Source: Candidatus Nomurabacteria bacterium
Lineage (GTDB): Bacteria > Patescibacteriota > Minisyncoccia > Phycocordibacterales > CALRBL01
Direction of reading: 5' to 3'
Assembly (NCBI GenBank): GCA_963834935.1
Contig: CAWIDS010000001.1
Location: 236,499 to 300,498, forward strand
DNA length: 64,000 nucleotides
Shown in pieces: positions 19,921-27,399 of the stretch. The position numbers and the translations under genes were made by a program. The first letter of the stretch is position 1. Every line of letters begins with the position of its first letter. The notes under the pieces are model-generated. The model was given only the letters and a program-made list of their open reading frames with translations, searched no databases and was not told the origin of the DNA.

Positions 19921-20607
19921 ATGACGACGATGCCAAAAGCATTGACCACATCACACGTTACTGCACGGGATCCAAAAGGTCTCCGTTTCATGGAAAAAGT
20001 CGAGGCCGCCTTCAACAAGTCCGGCCTCACCGAAGAAGAAGCGCAACGCATCAATGAGGCCCCCGGTCTCAACGATCACATCGCGCAATTCATCGAAAAG
20101 TTTCGGAACGACAAGTTCGCCCTGCTCGTTGATCTCGGCACCATCACGGTGCCCGATGACTACGTTCACGGCAGTCGGCTCACGACGTTTGGTAAGAAAC
20201 ACCGCAAGGAGTTTTATTACTACAACGACAACATCACCGACGGGAACTTCGGCAATCCCTCCCGTGTGCTCAAGCCAGGCGACAAGCTCCGCGTTCGCGC
20301 GTACAAGCAAGTCACCCCCGGCGAGACCACATCGGAAGAGCGCATGGCGTTTCTTGCCACGCAGAAGGCCGTGCTCGTCGGAGCTCAAGGGGCTTCCCTC
20401 GTCTACGAACAGAAACGCGCTCAACTGCCGAAGGGTAAGTGGTACGTTTCCTTCGATGAGAAGGATCGCCTTTGGGAAGATGCCGGCGGCTGCCGCAGGG
20501 TGCCGTACGTGAGTGCCCACTCGGGTGGCGACTTCCACTTCCACCTCGGCTACTTCGAGAACCCCTGGAGCGACGACTTCGTCCTGCTGTGCTTCTGCGA
20601 CGAGTAG
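19921..20607 (+). CDS. DGR target protein with C-terminal variable region
   Basis: The 3' end matches the TR except at adenines; no signal peptide. Confidence 0.93.
   Translation: MTTMPKALTTSHVTARDPKGLRFMEKVEAAFNKSGLTEEEAQRINEAPGLNDHIAQFIEKFRNDKFALLVDLGTITVPDDYVHGSRLTTFGKKHRKEFYYYNDNITDGNFGNPSRVLKPGDKLRVRAYKQVTPGETTSEERMAFLATQKAVLVGAQGASLVYEQKRAQLPKGKWYVSFDEKDRLWEDAGGCRRVPYVSAHSGGDFHFHLGYFENPWSDDFVLLCFCDE
20480..20601 (+). repeat. DGR variable repeat (VR)
   Basis: 122 bp with 15 differences from the TR, all opposite TR adenines. Confidence 0.95.
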
Positions 20608-20642
20608 TCCTTGGAAACTTGGATACTTAAGTTAGTTACTTC

Positions 20643-20689
20643 GGGTCTTAGACCCTTTGAGCCCGCGCGAGACTTTTTCGCGCGGGCTC
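20643..20689 (+). terminator. Hairpins downstream of the VR (cis-acting stem-loop and/or terminator)
   Basis: gggtc-tta-gaccc (20643-20655); gagcccgcgcga-N7-tcgcgcgggctc (20659-20689) followed by a T tract. Confidence 0.7.
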
Positions 20690-20951
20690 TTTCTTTTTTG
20701 TATAATAATTTCGGAACTTAGATAGCGCATGCGGTCACTAGAATTTCTTAGATTTCATGCCATCGAATTCTCGTATAAGGAATCGGCGAGCAATTTCTTG
20801 GGTACGCCTTAGAGATGAGTGCCACCTTTTATGAAAAAATCAAATAAGTCGGTGCGATGTGTCAGCGAGTGAATACTCGGAATAAAATACAGAGGGGAAC
20901 CGGTGTTCCTCTTGGTGGAATAGACGACACGTCGTACATTGCTGGTAGGCT

Positions 20952-21073
20952 ATGCCGACGGCAACCACAGGGTGCCGAACGTGAATGCCAACTCGGATGG
21001 CGACTTCAACTTCAACCTCGGCAACTTCGAGAACCCCTGGAACGACGACAACGTCCTGCTGTGCTTCTGCAAC
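20952..21073 (+). ncRNA. DGR template repeat (TR)
   Basis: 122 bp, 11 AAY codons in the VR frame, A-free GC-rich 3' segment cgtcctgctgtgcttctgc. Confidence 0.95.
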
Positions 21074-21090
21074 TCAAATGATTTCTCCCG

Positions 21091-21484
21091 CTATTTGTTA
21101 GCGGGAGTTTTGTCTCCGAGGTTTTTCTTCCAACCACCGAGCATCCGGCCGACTTCATCAAGGAGGAGTATGAACTCACCATAGCTTTTATGGTCAATGA
21201 CTTTGTGTTCCCAGCTTACTTGCAGAAAAAACTTCAACAGATCGGCTTTTGCAATAGCTTGAGATACAAGCGACAGTTTCTCGAATTTGTCGTAGGCAAA
21301 ACAAGCTCTGAATATGAGTTCAAGAAGAGAGAGGAAAATATCATCAACTCTGGCACCGATCGTGTAGCGATCGACGCGTTTTAGATTTACGATTGAGCCA
21401 TGCCACACTTGGTATGCTTCCTTCGCGCGTACAAGAACGAGCGGAATCGTGGGGGGGGTTACTTCCTAGTTTATGCTGACTCAT
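21091..21484 (-). CDS. avd: Avd-like four-helix-bundle DGR accessory protein; natural ATG out of frame by +1 at a G8/C8 tract
   Basis: DRYTIGARVDD...LKFFLQVSWE...LDEVGRMLGGW. ATG 21484 to stop 21091 spans 394 nt (3n+1). Confidence 0.82.
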
Positions 21485-21638
21485 ACATACAATTCTATCA
21501 TCACGATCGAAAATTTACTTCTCACATGGGAGAAATTTTTGCGTGGCAAAAGACGCAAAAGAGATGTCATACAATTTCAGGCAGAGCTCGCGGCGAATAT
21601 TGTGAGTCTGTATGCCGATTTGAAAAACAAGACGTATG
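21473..21638 (+). pseudogene. N-terminal 55 codons of the DGR reverse transcriptase, truncated by IS3
   Basis: YNSIITIENLLLTWEKFLRGKRRKRDVIQF...IVSLYADLKNKTY matches the DGR-RT N-terminus pattern; no continuation beyond the IS. Confidence 0.82.
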
Positions 21639-21704
21639 TGACCCGGTCCCCAAATTTTAAACACCCCTTCTACACAATTAACAGCTAATTTGTAGAATAC
21701 ATAC

Positions 21705-21956
21705 ATGAAGAAATATCGTATCGCTCCCGAAGTAAAGGAGCAGGTTTTAGGTAGGATTAAAAATGATGGCATATCGGTAGCGGAAGCGGCTAAAGACCAC
21801 GGAGTTTCCACCCACACCATATACAAGTGGCTGGGAGGCTCGGCGGACGGTCCCTCGTATGCCGAGATGGCACGACTCAGAAAGGAAAACAAAGCTCTTC
21901 TTGAACTGGTTGGAGAGATGACTCTCAAGCTGTCTGAATCCCAAAAAAAGAATTGA
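21705..21956 (+). CDS. IS3 OrfA (HTH)
   Basis: SVAEAAKDHGVSTHTIYKW plus coiled coil. Confidence 0.88.
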   Translation: MKKYRIAPEVKEQVLGRIKNDGISVAEAAKDHGVSTHTIYKWLGGSADGPSYAEMARLRKENKALLELVGEMTLKLSESQKKN

Positions 21957-22774
21957 GGAGTATGAAATCTTCTGACAAATCAACGCTTGCCAGGGAGCTT
22001 GGCGTTTCTCGAGGCACTTTGTACTACAAGCCAAAGAAACCTGACAGGGATTGGGTGCTGAAGTGCCGGATTGAGGAAACCCTCAGGGAGCATCCCTCAT
22101 ACGGCTCAAGAAGGATTGCTATCCACCTCAAAATGAACCGAAAACCTGTTCAAAGAGTCATGAGCATATTCGGCATCAAAGCATATCGCAGGCGTGGCAG
22201 AAAATGGAAGAAAACAAGGAATATCAAGGTCACTTACCCCAATCTGTTGTTGACGGAATACCCTTCATGCGAGAACCATATCTGGGTGTCGGACTTCACC
22301 AGAATTCCTTTTCAAGGGAAGGTTGTGTATGTGGCAACCGTTGAGGACTTGTTCACCAGGAAAGTGGTTGGTGTGTCGGTCTACACCAACCATTCGGTGC
22401 AACTGACCTTGTCAGCCTTGATGAATGCGATGCTTTCAAATTCAAGACCGGAAATATTTCACTCCGACAATGGCAGTGAGTACAATTCGGAGACATTTGT
22501 TGGAGCATTGCAAACAGTCGGAGTATCCATTTCCCGTTCAGCTCCCGGCTGTCCATGGGAGAACGGCTACCAGGAATCGTTCTATGACAAATTCAAGGTG
22601 GAGCTTGGAGATCCTTCCCGATTCAAAACACTCGGTGAACTCGTCTCAGAAATGTACCGACTGATCCACTACTACAATCAAAGCCGCATACATTCCGCAC
22701 TTAAAATGTCTCCGTCAGAATTTGCGAAAATACAGAAAAAAGAGTTAAACTTAGTGAGTAGAATGAGTGTCTAA
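21953..22774 (+). CDS. IS3 OrfB DDE transposase
   Basis: WVSDFT, FHSDNGSEY, PWENGYQESF, YYNQSRIHSAL. Confidence 0.93.
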   Translation: MRSMKSSDKSTLARELGVSRGTLYYKPKKPDRDWVLKCRIEETLREHPSYGSRRIAIHLKMNRKPVQRVMSIFGIKAYRRRGRKWKKTRNIKVTYPNLLLTEYPSCENHIWVSDFTRIPFQGKVVYVATVEDLFTRKVVGVSVYTNHSVQLTLSALMNAMLSNSRPEIFHSDNGSEYNSETFVGALQTVGVSISRSAPGCPWENGYQESFYDKFKVELGDPSRFKTLGELVSEMYRLIHYYNQSRIHSALKMSPSEFAKIQKKELNLVSRMSV

Positions 22775-22792
22775 AGAAAGGGGTCCGGTACA

Positions 22793-23509
22793 CGGGTACC
22801 ATTTTTCCAATGGATCAATTGTGAGTGTTGTATACCCTACGATTGTGCGGAGTGTTTCAATTTTTTCAACATTCAGTTTGAATTTTTTTAGAAGTTTTTT
22901 AGCATCCTCTTTCAATGCGCCAAAATTAAATTGAAAATCAGGCTGTCTTGTATAGTATCTAGTTCGCTCTGGCTTCCAGCTATCGGAATAACGGGGAGCT
23001 AAGTCAAAGGTGTGGAGCATGCGAAGAAAATTGTAGAGGTAATCACACAACATCAATTCGCTAGGCCAACCGGTAGGACCTCTTTGTTCCTTTTTATTAG
23101 CAATATTAAAACTCATTGCACCGCCATTACCCCAAGAAATATACCTTGTTACAGGTTGTTGATTCTGCATTCTCCTAGAATCCGGACTTTCTAATTTTCC
23201 CTCCTCATTAATAATGTTATTGCTCAACTGCAATACTATGTAGATCTGAAATGGGCTGTAATAATGAACAGGTTGTTCTTTCATTGACCCATCGTTTTGC
23301 AACACAGATTGTTCAGCTATCAAAAGCGGCTTAAGAAATCCGTCGCTCTCCATAGCTGTCAAAAAATTTTTCTCTACGTACCGATGAAATTTGCCTGTCA
23401 TGGTCACAACCCTATTATTAGAATCATTGCAGTAATAGATAAAATTGTCTTCTGAAAGAAGCTGGTCTTTTTTTATTTCAGCATTTTTGACTCTAGTTAT
23501 TTTTTCCAT
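22793..23509 (-). pseudogene. Hypothetical protein truncated at its 3' end by the IS3
   Basis: The frame runs into the IS right IR and stops inside it at 22751. Confidence 0.6.
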
Positions 23510-23919
23510 ATGAGTTGATAGTTCATAATAATTTACCTTTAATCTACTCCTTTTTCCTTTTTATTCAAATCAATACAAAGCAACATAGTTACTAACTTGT
23601 CAACTCAAATGCATAAAACGTAACTACGGGTTGTTGATCTGTATTATAGCCCTATAAATAAAGGTTGTTTGGAAATTGGTGAAGAATACCTAAAACCTCA
23701 AAAATCGCTATTATTGGCATTTGTTGGCATTTCGACTTCAAAATTGCCATAATTGGAAAATGGGCGACCCTATGCGGAGACCTCAATATGTCATTGAGAA
23801 AATCGCCAAAATACCCTTATGGGGACTAGCCCCCAAAGTTTGAATCGTCGACACACCGCAGCGAACAAAGTGAACAAGGAGAAGAAAATACGAAGTGTTT
23901 TCGGAGGGTTCGAATCCCC

Positions 23920-24342
23920 ATGTGTATGCTTTACCACGGATCAAAAACGCCAGGAATAAAGATGTTAAAGCCATTTCCACATAATGGCGTTGATGGCGAA
24001 CCTGTTGTTTTTGCCACACCTGATATCCTTTTTGCCTTAGCAATGATTCATGGAACGGGCAATGAATTAGCGGTCGGCTATTTTGTAGACCTAGAGACGC
24101 GCAAGGAAGAAATGTATATTGATGAGCTCATGCCTGACGTAAGATTGATCCGCTCGGAACTTATCTCAAAATCTGTAACGCCGGTCATCTCAGAAACATC
24201 TTACCCCAGCATCCTTGCTGAACTGAAGAAGTACAACATAAACTTCGTCGGTTATGAGAATGTTCTAATAGAAATGCAAAAGCGGGGGAAAGATCCAAAG
24301 AAAGCAACGATTCTTTACAAATCTGACAGATTCGTAAACTAG
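23920..24342 (+). CDS. Hypothetical protein
   Basis: LYHGS...VFAT N-terminal pattern; start uncertain. Confidence 0.55.
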   Translation: MCMLYHGSKTPGIKMLKPFPHNGVDGEPVVFATPDILFALAMIHGTGNELAVGYFVDLETRKEEMYIDELMPDVRLIRSELISKSVTPVISETSYPSILAELKKYNINFVGYENVLIEMQKRGKDPKKATILYKSDRFVN

Positions 24343-24432
24343 AGCCCTGACCCACATGCCTCGATTAAGGAAAAATTGATGTCTTGTTTATTATAGATAA
24401 TATCGGATTTGAAACAGAAAAATAGAATTCCA

Positions 24433-25143
24433 CTAAAAGAACGCCTCAGTATAAATTTTCTCTTCCGAAACCCCGCTATCGTGCAAGCCCCTCCACATGT
24501 CTCTGGTGAATGAAATCGATCCGCAAATCATGAACTCGGCATTTATTATTTCTTCGGAAACGGCATCGAGTACACGCTTGACGTTGATTCTCCCCATTGC
24601 AGCGAAGGGAATAGCGGCATCTTCCTGGGTAATATGATAGAAAATTTTCAGACTCGGATGCCGGGCCGCCAAATCCCCAAATTCTTTTTTAAAGACCAAC
24701 TCTTCAGCTTTCTTTGAGCTATGAAAAAGGAAAATTTTCCTCAAAGGTCTTTTCTTGAGTGCCTCAAAGATGATCGCGTGAAAAGGCGCCGCTCCGATGC
24801 CTGCCGCTATCATCACCAACGGCGTATTTTCTTCCTCGCTATAAAAATATCCGTATGGGTTTGAACCTGTCAGGATGTCGCCACTCTTCATCCCTACAAG
24901 CCTGTTCGAGAATTCTCCCATTGCCTTCACGCTGATAGTGAATCTTTTTTCTGAAACTCTTCCGGAAATGCTGTAGGCTTTGCCTTCCGGCGTGCCACTT
25001 TCCGGAAAATAAGCAGTGACGTACTGCCCGGCGATGAAAGAAAAAACCTCGCCGTCTTCCCTTTCCAATGCCAAAGTAGTGACGTGGTCCGTCTCTTTTC
25101 TTACCTCGATTACCCTGTACCTTATCTTATTTTCCTCCTTCAT
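24433..25143 (-). CDS. FAD/NAD(P)-binding ferredoxin reductase-type oxidoreductase
   Basis: FIAGQY, KAYSIS, IAAGIGAAP, MICGS, C-terminal EAFF. Confidence 0.9.
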   Translation of the reverse strand: MKEENKIRYRVIEVRKETDHVTTLALEREDGEVFSFIAGQYVTAYFPESGTPEGKAYSISGRVSEKRFTISVKAMGEFSNRLVGMKSGDILTGSNPYGYFYSEEENTPLVMIAAGIGAAPFHAIIFEALKKRPLRKIFLFHSSKKAEELVFKKEFGDLAARHPSLKIFYHITQEDAAIPFAAMGRINVKRVLDAVSEEIINAEFMICGSISFTRDMWRGLHDSGVSEEKIYTEAFF

Positions 25144-25540
25144 AATCTATGATCGCTTCGCGAAGGGCCGCATGTCCCAGCACCGAGCAGTGATATTTCC
25201 TGTCCGGAAGGCCTTCAAGCCTTTCGATAATCGCTTCCGGGGTGATGCGCTTCGCTCGAGCTATGGTCATGCCGCCCTTTTCCGTCGCCATCACCGACAT
25301 CATAGATGTGGAGGCTATCGCCGAAGCGCAGCCGAACGTCCGCCACTTGCATTCGGCGATCCTACCAGTTTTTCTGTCGACCTTTATCCATACTGCCATC
25401 ATATCGCCGCAGGCTGGGCTTCCGACCACCCCGACGCCATCCGCCGCATATTCCGCTTCATCAAGCAGGATATTCCGAGGATTGAAAAAATGGTCCTTCA
25501 CGATGTCGCTGTAAAGCCAATTGACGTCTTTATTATTCAT
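25127..25540 (-). CDS. iscU: Fe-S scaffold IscU/NifU-N
   Basis: HFFNPRN, PACGD, FGCASAIAS, KYHCSVL. Confidence 0.92.
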   Translation of the reverse strand: MNNKDVNWLYSDIVKDHFFNPRNILLDEAEYAADGVGVVGSPACGDMMAVWIKVDRKTGRIAECKWRTFGCASAIASTSMMSVMATEKGGMTIARAKRITPEAIIERLEGLPDRKYHCSVLGHAALREAIIDYEGGK

Positions 25541-26738
25541 ATTTTTTTACGGTTAAAGATGACATATTCTTCAGCGTCTCGATGATACCAGGAAAAACAG
25601 ACATCACCTGATTGATCTGAGAGAGCGTTGTCTGCCTTCCGAGCGAGAAACGGATGCTGCCGTGCACGAGCCCTGAACTTTGGCCGAGCGCTATAAGGAC
25701 ATGCGAGGGCTTGAGATCAAAAGCCGAACACGCCGAGCCGGTGCTCGCCTCGATGCCGTACGTGTCGAGCATCAGCAAAATGGATTCTCCCTCGATGAAA
25801 GGCAACGAGACATGGATATTGTTCGGCAATCGCTTTTCTGGATGGCCGTTTAGTATGATATCTGGGATCTCTTCGGCCAAGCGGCGGATAAAATAGTCCC
25901 GCATCGGAGCAAGCTTTCTTGATTCGGCTTCGCGCTGGCCATCAGCCCTTTTCAAGGCTCGAGCGAAGCCCACTATCAAAGAAAGGCTTTCGGTTCCCGC
26001 CCGTATGTTCATTTCCTGTTCTCCCCCAACAATGATAGGACTTATCCGTATTCCCTTCCTTTTGTACAGCATCCCGATTCCTTTCGGGCCATATATCTTC
26101 GAGCCGTTCAATGTCATCAAGTCGACGCCCAGCTCTTTCACATCCAGGCTCAGGAATCCCGCCGCTTGGCATGCGTCGGTATGAAAAAAAGGAAACATAC
26201 CCGATCTGCAACGGCTTCTTATCGCTTCAGCCAGTTCCTTGATAGGCTCGATCGTTCCGATCTCATTGTTCGCATACATGACCGAAATGAGAATCGTTTT
26301 AGACGTGACATTCCTGATGCATTCATCGACGCTGATCATGCCGAATTTATCTACAGGGAGGATCGTCAGCAAAAACCCTTCTTGCTCAAGCTGTCGTGCT
26401 GCCTCGATCACCGCCTTATGCTCCACTGCCGAGATTATGATGTGATTGCCTTCTTTCGCATAAGCGCGAGCGATTCCAAGCAAAGCCAGATTGTCCGACT
26501 CCGTTCCCGATCCGGTGAAGATTATCTCTTCTGGCGAGGCATTGATAACCCTTGCTACTTCGTCGCGCGCTTCGGAAATCACCCTTTTCGCTCTCCTGCC
26601 GCTCGAATGAAGAGAAGACGGATTGGAATACTTCGCAGCGAAATACGGTAGCATACTTTCAAGCACCTTCGGATCGAGAGGAGTGGTAGCGGCGTAGTCC
26701 ATATATATGGTATTAGCGGATTCCACAGTAATCCACAT
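25533..26738 (-). CDS. iscS: Cysteine desulfurase
   Basis: YMDYAATTP, NNEIGTI, KIYGPKG, STGSAC. Confidence 0.92.
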   Translation of the reverse strand: MWITVESANTIYMDYAATTPLDPKVLESMLPYFAAKYSNPSSLHSSGRRAKRVISEARDEVARVINASPEEIIFTGSGTESDNLALLGIARAYAKEGNHIIISAVEHKAVIEAARQLEQEGFLLTILPVDKFGMISVDECIRNVTSKTILISVMYANNEIGTIEPIKELAEAIRSRCRSGMFPFFHTDACQAAGFLSLDVKELGVDLMTLNGSKIYGPKGIGMLYKRKGIRISPIIVGGEQEMNIRAGTESLSLIVGFARALKRADGQREAESRKLAPMRDYFIRRLAEEIPDIILNGHPEKRLPNNIHVSLPFIEGESILLMLDTYGIEASTGSACSAFDLKPSHVLIALGQSSGLVHGSIRFSLGRQTTLSQINQVMSVFPGIIETLKNMSSLTVKKYE

Positions 26739-27399
26739 GCTTAGCTAGTAATGCTTGAAAGGACTTGAACTCATCATCGCTATAAGTGACCTTCTTCCTG
26801 AACTGGGCGTTCAGGATCTTGGTAGGGATGAATTTCTGTAAATAATATCTTCTCGCCCCCATGATTTCCTTGCCAATTTCCTGGATATCTTCCGGCGACA
26901 ACATGGCCTTTATGACTGTCGTCCGGAATTCATAATCGACCGCATTTTCCATGAGAATAGCTATGCTTTTCCTGATTGCATCACTATCCACCGGATGCGC
27001 CGCGATCGATTCATATTTCGAAAGCGGCGACTTTATATCCATAGCTATATAATCGACTAATCGCCTATCAATCGCCTTCTGTATGATCTCAGGGCGCGTG
27101 CCGTTCGAATCGAGCTTCACCAAGTATCCCCTTTTCTTCACTTCTTCCATGAAATCAAGCAGGTCGCCGTGCATGGTAGGCTCGCCGCCAGTGATAACCA
27201 CGCCATCGAGCATATTCTTGCGCTTATCGAGAAAATCAAGGATCTGCCTTTCGCTGTAAGTCTTCTCGACCGTCTCGTCTACAAGCTCAGGATTGTGGCA
27301 ATAGGGGCAGCGGAAGTTGCAGCCGATAGTATAAACCATGCAGGCTACTTTTCCCGGATAGTCGATGAGGGTGAATTTTTCAAATCCTCCAAAGGTCAT
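26713..27399 (-). CDS. nrdG: Anaerobic RNR activating radical SAM enzyme
   Basis: CNFRCPYCHN, ITGGEPT; start overlaps the nrdD stop. Confidence 0.9.
   Translation of the reverse strand: MTFGGFEKFTLIDYPGKVACMVYTIGCNFRCPYCHNPELVDETVEKTYSERQILDFLDKRKNMLDGVVITGGEPTMHGDLLDFMEEVKKRGYLVKLDSNGTRPEIIQKAIDRRLVDYIAMDIKSPLSKYESIAAHPVDSDAIRKSIAILMENAVDYEFRTTVIKAMLSPEDIQEIGKEIMGARRYYLQKFIPTKILNAQFRKKVTYSDDEFKSFQALLAKHVDYCGIR

Larger units (their letters stand above)
21639..22792 (+). mobile_element. IS3-family insertion sequence
   Basis: TG...CA ends; imperfect 28-bp IRs (19/28); orfA/orfB with an A7G slippery site at 21943-21950; no target duplication. Confidence 0.92.
11671..23918. mobile_element. Genomic island integrated at tRNA-Ser
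   Basis: gagggttcgaatccc at 11671-11685 (tRNA T-arm) repeats exactly at 23904-23918; atgggcgaccc at 11739 and 23760; abrupt AT-rich cargo. Confidence 0.6.

Noticed and set aside
20939-21184. 81-aa ORF resembling the DGR target C-terminus
   Set aside because: It is the TR read in the VR frame, not a paralogous gene.
21473-21638. Group II intron or retron RT
   Set aside because: The adjacent TR/VR pair and avd identify a DGR; no intron domain V or msr/msd was seen.
21400-21688. ORFs 21400-21660 and the tail of 21473-21688 as intact genes
   Set aside because: The first is an off-frame overlap; the second reads into IS3 sequence after codon 55.
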